A stretch of DNA of 64,000 nucleotides from the sequence record MZ234025.1; one strand, given 5' to 3'. Positions 43,119-52,923 of this stretch are shown piece after piece. This DNA is from Escherichia phage vB_EcoM-172859UKE1. Made by a program: the position numbers and the translations under genes. Positions within the stretch are counted from its first letter, which is position 1. Every line of letters begins with the position of its first letter. Below the pieces are notes generated by a model. That model was not told the origin of the DNA and ran no database searches. It saw only the letters and a list, made by a program, of their open reading frames with translations.

Positions 43119-43168
43119 CCTTTTTGCCTATGGTTTTTGGCCCTTCCAAAAAGGTCGGGCCTTTTTTT
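43119..43168. terminator. GC-rich stem-loops with A/T runs between convergent uvsY.-2 ORF and uvsW.1
   Basis: CCTTTTTG...GGCCC...CAAAAAGG...GGGCC then T7. Confidence 0.45.
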
Positions 43169-43170
43169 AA

Positions 43171-43404
43171 TTAGAAGTCTTCTTCCACATCCTCATCATC
43201 GTCGCCTTCAAGTTCGGCACGCTTACCTGCTAAGGCATCCCTGACAGAAATATCATCTGTATCTTTTAATTCCGTTTCTTTTATACGTTTCTTATAATAA
43301 GCTTCCAATTCTTCAAGCCCTTCTAAGGTATGACAACTAGCAATTTTACCCATGAATTCGTCAATAGATGCTTCGTATAAAAATTGTTTAAATTCAAGTA
43401 CCAT
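43171..43404 (-). CDS. UvsW.1-like small acidic protein
   Basis: 77 aa directly downstream of uvsW, acidic C-terminus. Confidence 0.55.
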   Translation of the reverse strand: MVLEFKQFLYEASIDEFMGKIASCHTLEGLEELEAYYKKRIKETELKDTDDISVRDALAGKRAELEGDDDEDVEEDF

Positions 43405-43429
43405 TTTTATCTCCTAAGGGCCGAAGCCC

Positions 43430-44944
43430 TTATAAATTAATTGTTTTCATTACATAGTTAAATTTCTCATCAGCGTAACGTTGGATACGATCAATACCGT
43501 GTTTTAACAAGTAATTAAGATGAGTATACTTCTTTTTAGTATTTAATGATTTAGGTTTTACACCTGCGTCATCTATGAGATCCCAAACTGTAGCAACAGC
43601 TTTAGAACCGTGCTTACGAAGCACACGACCTACGGTTTGAAGTACGATAATTTTTGATTTAACACCATGGGCAAAAATAACATGATGAAGATTCTTGACT
43701 GAAATACCAGTAGAGAATACTCCATATGATGCGACAATAATAATGCCTTTACCATTTTCTGCCATGACTTTAAGCGCGTTACGTGTTTCAGTATCAACTT
43801 CACCTGATACGTAATAAACTTTTTCGTATCCAAGCTCTTTAATAGCTTCAAATATTTCTTTACCGTGTGTAACGTGTTTAAACATTACAAAGGCGTTCTC
43901 GTCTTTCTTAGCCAATTTGACCGAAAGTTGAGCAATCCACTTTGTACGACGTTTTAGTCCGGTAATAATTTTAACTTCTTCTTGGTATGTTTTACCTTTT
44001 AATTTAATGGCGAATTCGTCCGGATAACGAAGGAAAATACTATTAATCTTAAGCTCAGTTACCTGTCCGTCTTCCATTAATTTAGACGTGCTAACAGGAC
44101 GGAAGATTTCGCCGAACATGCCTACGTACTGCATTACATTGGCTTTTCCGTCTCTTAATGAGCCAGATAAACCGAATTTAAACATGCAATTATTTAATCC
44201 TGAGATGATTGAAGAAATACTTTTGCCTGTTGCTAAGTGGCATTCATCGTTCATCATCATACCGAACTGAGAGAACCATTCTTTAGGCTGCTTAACTACC
44301 GTTTGCCATGTGCCAACAATAATTGGAGCGTCGTTTTTAGATTTGTCCGCTTTATCAGCACCACCGCCAATTTTCTTAATCATCGAATGACTAAACAAGC
44401 GATAATCAACAAAATCATTAGCCATCTGGGTTGTCAATGCTGTTGTAGGGACGATAATGAGAATTTTACCTTCATAGTTCTCTAGATAATACCGAGCTAA
44501 AAGTGCTTGGATTAGTGATTTACCTGCTGATGTCGGAAGGTTTAAAATTCGACGACGATTAACTAGCCCTTCATATACTGCATCTTTTTGATACCAATGT
44601 GGTTCGATTTTGGCGTTGCCTGAATAAATTTCTTGTTTAGAAAGCCATGCGTCAAAATCTTCCCTGGTAAGGTCTTCAGTCTCAAAGATTTTAGGGTCAA
44701 TCCATACAGAATAACTCATATTGTTACAGAACTTTTTTATTTGTCCTACAAGTCCATATGGTAACAAACGATTGTAATCTAAAAGTCGAATTCTACCGTC
44801 CCATTGCCCATAGCGATATTTTGGGTTAAATTTATACCCGTCAGCTTCAAAGCTAAAAAAGTCACGAAGTTCGTAAAACGTACTTTCGTCGCATTCAATG
44901 CGCACGTGACTAAAATCATGAAAATGTACTTTAATGTCAGTCAT
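43430..44944 (-). CDS. uvsW: DNA/RNA helicase UvsW
   Basis: 504 aa; helicase motifs incl. DECH box (MMMNDECHLATG) and PTSAGKS; late promoter upstream. Confidence 0.93.
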   Translation of the reverse strand: MTDIKVHFHDFSHVRIECDESTFYELRDFFSFEADGYKFNPKYRYGQWDGRIRLLDYNRLLPYGLVGQIKKFCNNMSYSVWIDPKIFETEDLTREDFDAWLSKQEIYSGNAKIEPHWYQKDAVYEGLVNRRRILNLPTSAGKSLIQALLARYYLENYEGKILIIVPTTALTTQMANDFVDYRLFSHSMIKKIGGGADKADKSKNDAPIIVGTWQTVVKQPKEWFSQFGMMMNDECHLATGKSISSIISGLNNCMFKFGLSGSLRDGKANVMQYVGMFGEIFRPVSTSKLMEDGQVTELKINSIFLRYPDEFAIKLKGKTYQEEVKIITGLKRRTKWIAQLSVKLAKKDENAFVMFKHVTHGKEIFEAIKELGYEKVYYVSGEVDTETRNALKVMAENGKGIIIVASYGVFSTGISVKNLHHVIFAHGVKSKIIVLQTVGRVLRKHGSKAVATVWDLIDDAGVKPKSLNTKKKYTHLNYLLKHGIDRIQRYADEKFNYVMKTINL

Positions 44945-44973
44945 GTCAAATTACCATGTAATAAATATAGTTA

Positions 44974-44981
44974 TATTTATA
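44974..44981 (-). promoter_or_regulatory. late promoter TATAAATA (uvsW)
   Basis: exact match on minus strand 30 nt upstream of uvsW ATG. Confidence 0.7.
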
Positions 44982-44994
44982 ATGAGGAAATATC

Positions 44995-45663
44995 ATGATC
45001 GATAAAGACTATATTGAAGAGTTACGTGCTCTTTCTGATAAAAAGGAAGCCAAAGCTAAACTGTTTGAATATGCGGAACAATTTGGCATTAGTGTTAAGA
45101 AAACAAAATCATTCGATAATATTGTTATTGATATCGAAGAAGCTCTTAACGCACTGGCTGATGAACCATTACCTGAAACTGATGGATTATCTATCACTGA
45201 TTTAATTACTGCCGCAGACGATGTGGACGGTGTTAATTTCACCAACGAAGAAGTTAAAGAAGAAGCTATTCTGTTGTTTGATTCTCCAACAGAACAAGTT
45301 GAAGTATTAGAAGTTGTCGAACAAGAAAAAGAATTCGACCATGATAAATTCGAAGAAGCAATTACTCAGGTTGTTGAATCTGAAAAAGAGCCTGAGTCAG
45401 AGGTAAATAAAGAAGTAAAATTTGTTCTGCCTGAAAATTTTAGTCCTACGCTCATTAAATTAGGCAAAGGCCTAGGATATGTTACTGTTCCTTGGTGGAT
45501 TTATCAATGGATAGCCGAAACCCCAGATTGGAAATCTCGCCCAACTAGTTTTGTGCATGCTTCTGCTCACCAAACATTATTTAGCTTAATTTATTATATT
45601 AATCGCGATGGATCAGTTCTAATTCGTGAAACTCGTAATTCTTCTTTCGTAACATTAAAATAA
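44995..45663 (+). CDS. inh: Inh-like acidic protein (prohead protease inhibitor position)
   Basis: 222 aa, acidic, position between uvsW and hoc. Confidence 0.55.
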   Translation: MIDKDYIEELRALSDKKEAKAKLFEYAEQFGISVKKTKSFDNIVIDIEEALNALADEPLPETDGLSITDLITAADDVDGVNFTNEEVKEEAILLFDSPTEQVEVLEVVEQEKEFDHDKFEEAITQVVESEKEPESEVNKEVKFVLPENFSPTLIKLGKGLGYVTVPWWIYQWIAETPDWKSRPTSFVHASAHQTLFSLIYYINRDGSVLIRETRNSSFVTLK

Positions 45664-45672
45664 GGATAACTT

Positions 45673-47090
45673 ATGGCTTTTACAGTTGATATAACTCCTA
45701 AAACACCTACTGGAGTTATAGATCAGACTCAGCAGTTTACTGCTACACCCAGTGGTCAAACTGGAGATGGACCTATTACATATGCTTGGACTGTAGATGA
45801 TGTTCCACAAGATGGAGCTGAAGCAACTTTTAGTTATGTACTAAAAGGACCTGCCGGTCAAAAGACTATTAAAGTAGTTGCAACAAACCCAGTCCTAGAC
45901 GCTGAAGCTGAAACAGCAGAAGCTACTACAACTATCACAGTTCAAAATAAGACACAAACGACCACCTTAGCTGTAACTCCTAATAGCCCTGACGCTGGAG
46001 TAATTGGAACAGCTATTGAATTTACTGCTACTTTAGCTTCGCAGCCATCGGGCGCAAACGCTACTTATCAATGGTATGTAGATGATTCTCCTGTGGGCGA
46101 AGCAACTAACGCTACGTTCAATTACACTCCTGCCGAAAGCGGGGTAAAAAGAATTAAGTGTGTGGCTCAAGTAACTGCGACAGATTATGATGCACTAAGC
46201 GTTACTTCTAATGAAGTATCACTGACTGTTAATAAAAAGACACAGACAACTACTTTGGCAGTAACTCCCGATAGTCCTTCAGCTGGAGTAATTGGAACCC
46301 CAGTTCAATTTACTGCTGCCTTAGCTTCTCAACCAGTTGGAGCGTCTGCTACGTATCAGTGGTATGTAGATGATTCACAAGTTGGTGGAGAAACTAACTC
46401 TACATTTAGCTATACTCCAACTACAAGTGGAGTTAAAAAATTAAATGCGTAGCCCAAGTAACCGCGGCAGATTATGATGCAAAGGAAGTTACTTCTAATG
46501 AAGTATCATTAACGGTTAATAAGAAGACAATGAATCCACAGGTTACATTGACTCCTCCTTCTATTAACGTTCAGCAAGATGCTTCAGCTACATTTACCGC
46601 TAATGTCACTGATGCTCCAGAAGAAGCGCAAATTGCGTATTCATGGAAGAAAGATTCTTCTCCTGTAGAAGGATCAACTAATGTATATACCGTTGATACC
46701 TCATCTATTGGAAGTCAAACTATTGAAGTTACTGCAACTGTTACTGCTACTGATTATGATAGCAAAACTATTACAGCAGAAGGTCAAGTTCAGGTAACTG
46801 ATAAAGTTGCTCCAGAACCAGAAGGTGAATTACCTTATGTTCATCCTCTTCCACATCGTACTTCAGCTTACATCTGGTGCGGTTGGTGGGTTATGGATGA
46901 AATCCAAAAAATGACTGAAGAAGGTAAAGATTGGAAAACTGAAGATCCAGATAGTAAATACTACCTGCATCGTTACACTCTTCAGAAGATGATGAAAGAC
47001 TACCCAGAAGTTGATGTTCAAGAATCACGTAATGGATACATCATCCATAAAACTGCTTTGGAAACTGGTATCATCTATACATATCCATAA
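45673..47090 (+). pseudogene. hoc: hoc (outer capsid decoration protein) with tandemly duplicated Ig-like domain, split by -1 frame change in an A6 run at 46435-46440
   Basis: ORF 45673-46452 and frame open 46437-47090 join into one Hoc-like protein if the A6 run is read as A7 (V-K-K-I-K-C-V-A-Q-V-T-A restored, matching repeat copy 1). Confidence 0.7.
45949..46523. repeat. tandem direct repeat of ~288 bp (2 copies, ~80% identical) inside hoc
   Basis: Copy 1 45949-46236, copy 2 46237-46523; each encodes one Ig-like domain. Confidence 0.85.
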
Positions 47091-47096
47091 TTGTAA

Positions 47097-47123
47097 GGGG
47101 CTTCGGCCCCTTTCTTCGTTTTT
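47097..47123 (+). terminator. rho-independent terminator after hoc
   Basis: GGGGC-TTCG-GCCCC then TTTCTTCGTTTTT. Confidence 0.75.
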
Positions 47124-47191
47124 AAAGCATACAAAACACAACTTGAGATTGATGTATATAATGGCACAAACCAAATAATACGGGATTGATT

Positions 47192-47386
47192 ATGAGAGCT
47201 GAAGTTGAAGTTTATACATTACATGAGGCGGGATTTTCATTCGTAGAAATTGCTCAAAAAATCGGTTTACAACCTAAAGAAGTTGGATTACTATGGACTA
47301 AAGCCGAGACAGCTCGGTCAAAGTTTAAAGCAAAAGAAAAAGTTGTATACCGTAAACGTCTGATTAATAAAAAGGTGAAGAAATGA
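47192..47386 (+). CDS. small putative HTH DNA-binding protein
   Basis: 64 aa from ATG 47192; GFSFVEIAQKIGLQPKEVGLLWTKAE helix-turn-helix-like segment, basic tail. Confidence 0.4.
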   Translation: MRAEVEVYTLHEAGFSFVEIAQKIGLQPKEVGLLWTKAETARSKFKAKEKVVYRKRLINKKVKK

Positions 47387-47634
47387 GTTTTGCACAGGAA
47401 TTAAGAGAAAGGGCTCTGGCCACTAAAGCCAATTTGTTGAGTGATTTTATTACTAACTTCTCAGTAATAGCAGAGAAAGCTGCTGACAAAGGTCAGACAC
47501 AATTCACGTACTATCCATCAAAGAATGATTTAACTATCACCGAGCAAGTCGGGCAGTGGTTACGTGATAATGGCTTTCAGTATAAAATTAATCACGACCA
47601 GCGTGATGGTCATTGGATAGAAATCAAGTTCTAA
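47383..47634 (+). CDS. hypothetical protein
   Basis: 83-aa ORF with AAGGTGAAG SD. Confidence 0.45.
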   Translation: MSFAQELRERALATKANLLSDFITNFSVIAEKAADKGQTQFTYYPSKNDLTITEQVGQWLRDNGFQYKINHDQRDGHWIEIKF

Positions 47635-47636
47635 TA

Positions 47637-47662
47637 TGCTTTACAATTTTTGATGGTATAAT
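47637..47662 (+). promoter_or_regulatory. middle promoter (rnlB)
   Basis: TGCTTTA 47637-47643, 13-nt spacer, TATAAT. Confidence 0.6.
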
Positions 47663-47753
47663 GAATCTAGGTTCTATCCATTCAAATTAAACATCTGGTC
47701 AGAGACAGAGTCTCTGCTAATTATTTTGATATTATTATTTATAATGGTGATTT

Positions 47754-48752
47754 ATGTTTAAGAAATACAGCAGTCTTGAAAACCACTACAACTCTAAGTT
47801 TATTGAAAAACTCTACACTAATGGTTTGACTACTGGTGTTTGGGTAGCACGTGAGAAAATCCATGGGACCAACTTCTCGTTAATAATTGAACGTGACAAC
47901 GTCACATGCGCCAAGCGCACAGGCCCTATTCTTCCAGCAGAAGATTTTTATGGTTATGAAATCGTACTCAAGAAGTATGATAAAGCTATTAAAGCCGTTC
48001 AGGAATTCATGTACACAGCTCGAGCCGTATCATATCAAGTATTCGGTGAATTCGCTGGTGGTGGAATCCAGAAAGGTGTTGACTACGGTGAAAAAGATTT
48101 TTATGTGTTCGATATCCTTATCAATACAGAAAGTGGTGATAATACGTATTTGACTGATTACGAAATGCAAGATTTCTGTAATGAATTCGGTTTTAAAATG
48201 GCACCAATGCTTGGTCGTGGCACATTTGATGCTCTTATCATGATTCCAAACGACCTTGATTCCGTCTTAGCCGCTTATAATGCTACAGCGTCAGAAGACC
48301 TTGTCGAAGCAAATAATTGTGTATTTGATGCTAATGTTATTGGCGATAATACGGCAGAAGGTTATGTTCTGAAGCCTTGTTTCCCTAAATGGCTGCCAAA
48401 CGGTACTCGTGTAGCTATTAAGTGCAAGAACTCTAAATTCAGTGAAAAGAAAAAGTCTGATAAGCCTATTAAAACTCAGGTTCCATTAACCGAAATTGAC
48501 AAAAACTTGCTTGATGTTCTAGCTTGTTATGTTACATTAAATCGTGTTAATAATGTGATTTCTAAGATTGGGACTGTAACGCCAAAAGATTTTGGCAAAG
48601 TGATGGGATTGACTGTTCAAGATATTCTGGAAGAAACTTCTCGTGAAGGTATTGTATTAACATCATCTGATAATCCGAATCTTGTTAAGAAAGAATTAGT
48701 CCGAATGGTGCAAGATGTTCTGCGTCCTGCATGGATTGAATTAGTATCATAA
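47754..48752 (+). CDS. rnlB: RNA ligase 2
   Basis: 332 aa; KIHGTN nucleotidyl-lysine motif, [22 protein letters not shown]-terminus, matches T4 Rnl2. Confidence 0.95.
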   Translation: MFKKYSSLENHYNSKFIEKLYTNGLTTGVWVAREKIHGTNFSLIIERDNVTCAKRTGPILPAEDFYGYEIVLKKYDKAIKAVQEFMYTARAVSYQVFGEFAGGGIQKGVDYGEKDFYVFDILINTESGDNTYLTDYEMQDFCNEFGFKMAPMLGRGTFDALIMIPNDLDSVLAAYNATASEDLVEANNCVFDANVIGDNTAEGYVLKPCFPKWLPNGTRVAIKCKNSKFSEKKKSDKPIKTQVPLTEIDKNLLDVLACYVTLNRVNNVISKIGTVTPKDFGKVMGLTVQDILEETSREGIVLTSSDNPNLVKKELVRMVQDVLRPAWIELVS

Positions 48753-48754
48753 CG

Positions 48755-48782
48755 AAAAAAGGGACCTTATGGTCCCTTTTTA
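48755..48782. terminator. bidirectional terminator between rnlB and gene 24
   Basis: A6-GGGACC-TTAT-GGTCCC-T5. Confidence 0.75.
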
Positions 48783-50063
48783 TTAGTCTATAATAATTTT
48801 AGGCAATTTAACACCGAGTAAAACAGACAAGTCTGAACGTCCTGCCATTTTATCCATGTCCCCACCATCAATTATTCTCGCTTCTTTTTCGTCTTTTGCT
48901 ACTGTGTAAGGATTTGCTGATAAAGCATATCTAACCAATAATCCGATAGACGGTTGCAAGCTTTCTGGATCAACTACAACTTTAAAAGCACCGACATGTT
49001 CCGGGTCATCTAAATCTACTCCTTCAGTGTATGGAGCATAAAAGATTGACCCTACAATTTCTTTTTCGCCGATATTTTCTACAACACCCACAACAACATA
49101 ATCTAACGGGCTGTTGGTATCGCAGTAAAGAGGTAATCCATTTGCCAAGAATCCATAAGCATTTTGTGAAAGATACTTGTCATCTTCTGGCTTATGTTTT
49201 AACCAACCAGAAGCAGCAAGAATAGCAGCTGCACGAGCTGAGGCTACACAAAACGTTGCAGTATAAGTTGTCTCTTTTTGAATGTGTGATACCATTTCAC
49301 ACACCATTCGATATAATGAACGACCTGCTTCTGGAGCGGATGCATAACTCAAGTCAATAAATCCGGTGTCAGTAATTCCAGTAACTTTATAACGTTTCGA
49401 TACAGTAATTAAAGACTGAAGAATATCTTTATTAATTTCATCAGCCATTTCAGTAGCAAGCAAATCTTCTAAGAAGTTAGGGGCATCAAATCCATTAGCT
49501 TCCAAATCTTGCGCTAATTCAACCGTGAGGCCAGTTTTAAGTTTACGAGATTTGACTGAAGTTTGCCATTTATTAATCTGGAATCTTGCATCAGAAATTT
49601 CGCTACCAGAGCTTTCAAATTTGCTTGTTACCGCTGCATCTGAAAATAACCGTACCTTTAAATGAACGATTGCAATCTGAAGAGCTAATTCTAGATCACT
49701 TTCTTGAATATCTGCAAATGGTGCATCTTCTAACACTTTATAGACGATATTATTATATTTGAAAAAATCGCCTTTATTTAGTGTGACTTTTGATTCTTCT
49801 GTGAGTTCGGTAATTTTTTCTCGGTCTACATATCCAGCTTCACCCGCATAAGTAGCACCAGTTTTAAATGTGAATTCGTTATCCGGGTTAAGATATTTGA
49901 TACCATAAAAAGCAGCAACAGGTTGATTAGTTCTTTGTGTTGCTACAATGTCAGAATATATTAATTTAGTCGTAGCGCGAGTCAAAGCAACGAGATTTGG
50001 GCGACCAATTGAGTTGCTAGTAGACGTTGTAGATTCACGCAATAATTTTTGGATTTTACTCAT
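48783..50063 (-). CDS. 24: head vertex protein gp24
   Basis: 426 aa, capsid-fold paralog downstream of gene 23, late promoter upstream. Confidence 0.93.
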   Translation of the reverse strand: MSKIQKLLRESTTSTSNSIGRPNLVALTRATTKLIYSDIVATQRTNQPVAAFYGIKYLNPDNEFTFKTGATYAGEAGYVDREKITELTEESKVTLNKGDFFKYNNIVYKVLEDAPFADIQESDLELALQIAIVHLKVRLFSDAAVTSKFESSGSEISDARFQINKWQTSVKSRKLKTGLTVELAQDLEANGFDAPNFLEDLLATEMADEINKDILQSLITVSKRYKVTGITDTGFIDLSYASAPEAGRSLYRMVCEMVSHIQKETTYTATFCVASARAAAILAASGWLKHKPEDDKYLSQNAYGFLANGLPLYCDTNSPLDYVVVGVVENIGEKEIVGSIFYAPYTEGVDLDDPEHVGAFKVVVDPESLQPSIGLLVRYALSANPYTVAKDEKEARIIDGGDMDKMAGRSDLSVLLGVKLPKIIID

Positions 50064-50090
50064 TGCATTTTTTCCTTATGTGATATAGAT

Positions 50091-50098
50091 TATTTATA
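50091..50098 (-). promoter_or_regulatory. late promoter TATAAATA (gene 24)
   Basis: exact match on minus strand ~28 nt upstream of ATG. Confidence 0.75.
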
Positions 50099-50104
50099 AA
50101 GATT

Positions 50105-50134
50105 GTTTACAACGTATTTGGTATGTGATACTAT
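50105..50134 (+). promoter_or_regulatory. T4-type early promoter driving the antisense 89-aa ORF
   Basis: GTTTAC 50105-50110, 18-nt spacer, TACTAT 50129-50134. Confidence 0.65.
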
Positions 50135-50164
50135 AGACTTATCAACTACAGAGGAGTAAACAAA

Positions 50165-50434
50165 ATGACTAAAGCACGTTTCTTACGAGATACTTTAAAA
50201 GTTCTGGAAGCTGAAGCAGTTAAGTTAGTAGAAAAATATGGTGCAAAAGTTAATGGTAATGCCTTCAACAAAGTATGGATGAAAGTTGATTCTGAAGCTC
50301 GAGCTAAAGGTTATTGGGCCACTGATAAACTTGCATCATTCAAAAACAAAGACGGTTCTCCAGCATATGTCCAAGAAGGTATGCCTAATTGGCAAAATAT
50401 TTTGAAAACTTACATCGAAATTGCACAGAAATAA
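50165..50434 (+). CDS. hypothetical protein, antisense to late cluster
   Basis: 89-aa ORF with GAGGAG SD and consensus early promoter 50105-50134. Confidence 0.55.
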   Translation: MTKARFLRDTLKVLEAEAVKLVEKYGAKVNGNAFNKVWMKVDSEARAKGYWATDKLASFKNKDGSPAYVQEGMPNWQNILKTYIEIAQK

Positions 50435-50435
50435 A

Positions 50436-50462
50436 ACCAAAAATGGGAGACCGAAGTCTCCC
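50436..50462 (-). terminator. rho-independent terminator after gene 23
   Basis: GGGAGAC-UUCG-GUCUCCC then AUUUUUGG on minus strand; 25-nt identity with the gene 35 terminator. Confidence 0.8.
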
Positions 50463-50486
50463 AAAATAAGATTTAATCAATTAAGA

Positions 50487-52055
50487 TTAGATGCCTTTTA
50501 CATATACACGTCTAAAGTAAGCGTTCTTACCAAGGCTGTTCAGGATAGACGGCATACCGGACTGGATGCGAGCACCTGGAGCCTGCAGGGAACTTTCAGC
50601 AAACGGGTTAACACCGATACCGTAACGAGTTTTAAAGCCCATTACCGGCTGGAAGTTCTTAGGATCGGAACCACGCAGTGGGGTAAGTGCAACGTAAGGA
50701 GCATAGTAAATACCTGCATCCATTTCGTTAGCGCCTTTGTAACCAACGGTGAAGTAATCCTGTTTAGCATACTGGTCGATGTATACGCGGTATTTACCGC
50801 CAAGTACACCGGCAAATACAGACTTAGTAGTGTCGGTATTAAAACCAGAAGCCAGACCCTGTGCAGCGTAAGAAATACCAGTATCAACTGAAGCCAGTAC
50901 GTTAACTACGTTACGGGAAGCGATAATGAAGTTACCTTCACCACGACCGGTTTGACGAGCAATTTCAACTGCTTCTTTATCAATCTGGAACAACAGAGCT
51001 TTAAAGCTTTCACCGGCCCAACGAGCACCACGGATATCAATCGGGTCCTGGAAGTCGAATACACCAGCTTTAGAACCAACGATATTAGTCATACCAGATT
51101 TACCAACCTGAGCGGAGTAGTTAATCCAGTCAACAACTTCACGGTTGATTTCCAGCATAATTTCAGTAGCAAGAATACCACTCAGTTCAGCATCAGCATC
51201 CATACCGTGTACTGCACGGAGGTCTTGTGCCAATTCGATGGAGTAAGCTGCTTTCAGCTGACGAGATTTAGCTTCAATAACTTGTTTGTCGATACGGAAG
51301 CCCATTTCGTTCCACGGGTTGTCGGTAGAACCATTGAAGCCTTCCTGAAGTTCAGCGATAGAAGTAGCCATACCTTCAGCGATTTCTACCAGTACACCTG
51401 CTTCCATTTGTTTGATAATTTCTGCATCCAGCAATTCTGGGGTAGAAGCCTCAGCGCTAATGGTAACAACTTTAGTGGCCTGAAGATAAGTAGAACCAGT
51501 TTCAGCGAAGAAGTGATAATAAATGTCGCCGGCTACAGTGGACATACCAGCGGTAACAGGAGCAAATGCTTTTGCAGCACCCTGACCAGAGAACATCGCA
51601 TCTGGAGCATACATCGGATGGAAAGCTTCTTTAGCGTCAGCAGCGATAGGGTCTTTACCATATACTGCACGGAGAGCAAATACCTGACCGGTAGGGCTGT
51701 TCATAGGCTGAACACCACAAATATCAAAAGCGATCAGATTAGGAATAGCACGACGAACCATACCCATAACTGCCGGCCCAATTTGGGTTACTGCACCAGA
51801 GGTTTGACCTGCTGCGATGTTCTGAGCATTATAACCGTGGTCACCACCAATTTCAGCTTCGGTCAAGAAAGAACCAAATGCCTGAGCGATTTTCTCGTCT
51901 TTATATTCAGGGGATACTTCGAAATCTTTTTCCTGGTTTTCGAAGATTTTAGCGATAATAGCCTGCTTGCTATTAGCGATTTCCGGCAGGCCTTCACCTT
52001 CCAGCAGTTCTTTCCATTTGTCTACGAGCTGAGCTTTAGTTTTGATAGTAGTCAT
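50487..52055 (-). CDS. 23: major capsid protein gp23
   Basis: 522 aa, matches T4 gp23; GC-richer, highly-expressed-gene codon usage. Confidence 0.98.
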   Translation of the reverse strand: MTTIKTKAQLVDKWKELLEGEGLPEIANSKQAIIAKIFENQEKDFEVSPEYKDEKIAQAFGSFLTEAEIGGDHGYNAQNIAAGQTSGAVTQIGPAVMGMVRRAIPNLIAFDICGVQPMNSPTGQVFALRAVYGKDPIAADAKEAFHPMYAPDAMFSGQGAAKAFAPVTAGMSTVAGDIYYHFFAETGSTYLQATKVVTISAEASTPELLDAEIIKQMEAGVLVEIAEGMATSIAELQEGFNGSTDNPWNEMGFRIDKQVIEAKSRQLKAAYSIELAQDLRAVHGMDADAELSGILATEIMLEINREVVDWINYSAQVGKSGMTNIVGSKAGVFDFQDPIDIRGARWAGESFKALLFQIDKEAVEIARQTGRGEGNFIIASRNVVNVLASVDTGISYAAQGLASGFNTDTTKSVFAGVLGGKYRVYIDQYAKQDYFTVGYKGANEMDAGIYYAPYVALTPLRGSDPKNFQPVMGFKTRYGIGVNPFAESSLQAPGARIQSGMPSILNSLGKNAYFRRVYVKGI

Positions 52056-52072
52056 TTGTGTTAACCTTTAAA

Positions 52073-52885
52073 TTAGAAACGAGATGCGACTTTCGCATAT
52101 AAACTTACATTAGAATTCTGTTCTACCTGAGTTGTGGTAGTGTCAACTGCTTCGGCAACAAAATTAAGACCGGCAGCGTCATTGTCAACTGTATTTATAC
52201 TTTCGGTAATAGCGGCTTCTTCTTTAGTAGAACCTTTAACCATTTCTACAATAGCAGTTAACTTAGTACCAAATGCGTCAGAATAATCCATACCTTCAAC
52301 CAGGCCAATAACTTTTTCTTTCTGAGATTCAGTCAGGTCTTTTACGCTTTCATTAATAGCGGTTTCACGCTGAACGTAATTGATATATGCATCACGTTTG
52401 GTAACTTCTTCGAACAAACGAGCGGTTTCTTCTTTATGTTCGGCCAGCTCTTCTTCCATTTCTGCTACAACATCTACAGATTCTTCTGGAACAACAACGT
52501 TATGTTCAACAAACAGTTCTTTCAGACCACCAAGCATGGATTCGAACAAATCAGCTTTAATGCCTTTATCAACTGCGATTTGGTTTTCTGCGAGCCATTC
52601 TTTTGCAAGATGGTCTAGGAATTTAGAAGCTTGTTCAGCCAATTTTTTATCAGCTTTCTCTTCAGCATCTTCTTTAGCCTTTTCAACTTCTTCTTCGGCT
52701 TTTTCGGCGATGGCTTTGATATGAGATTCAGCCAGTTTGACTGCTTCCTGCTTAACGGTGGCTTCGAATACAGTGCTGAAATTAGCTTTAACGTCCGGAG
52801 ACAGTTCTACTGATTCGAAAACACTATTAAGAGCAACTGAAGTCTCGATGTTCTGAGCTTCTTTCAAAAGTTGTTCTTTGATCAT
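52073..52885 (-). CDS. 22: prohead core scaffold protein gp22
   Basis: 270 aa, acidic coiled-coil rich in E/K/A. Confidence 0.9.
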   Translation of the reverse strand: MIKEQLLKEAQNIETSVALNSVFESVELSPDVKANFSTVFEATVKQEAVKLAESHIKAIAEKAEEEVEKAKEDAEEKADKKLAEQASKFLDHLAKEWLAENQIAVDKGIKADLFESMLGGLKELFVEHNVVVPEESVDVVAEMEEELAEHKEETARLFEEVTKRDAYINYVQRETAINESVKDLTESQKEKVIGLVEGMDYSDAFGTKLTAIVEMVKGSTKEEAAITESINTVDNDAAGLNFVAEAVDTTTTQVEQNSNVSLYAKVASRF

Positions 52886-52915
52886 TTTAGTGTCCTGTGG
52901 TTTAGATTACATTAT

Positions 52916-52923
52916 TATTTATA
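52916..52923 (-). promoter_or_regulatory. late promoter TATAAATA (gene 22)
   Basis: exact match on minus strand overlapping gene 21 stop. Confidence 0.7.

Noticed and set aside
47137-47162. Sigma70-like promoter TTGAGA...TATAAT upstream of the HTH ORF
   Set aside because: Spacer between the hexamers is only ~8 nt and the element matches neither the T4 early nor late consensus.
50952-52064. 370-aa plus-strand ORF (and 50421-50891, 156 aa) antisense to gene 23
   Set aside because: Gene 23 identity on the minus strand is unambiguous; its GC-richer biased codon usage leaves long stop-free antisense frames. The antisense translation is low-complexity and has no start context.
52056-52110. Canonical TATAAATA late promoter for gene 23
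   Set aside because: No exact match upstream of the gene 23 ATG (nearest is TTTATATG on the coding strand, with an ATGCGA/TCGCAT hairpin); I could not place the promoter confidently, so none is annotated.
52380-52813. Antisense and alternative-frame ORFs within gene 22
   Set aside because: Low-complexity S/A/F-rich translations produced by the repetitive acidic scaffold coding sequence; no SD or promoter.
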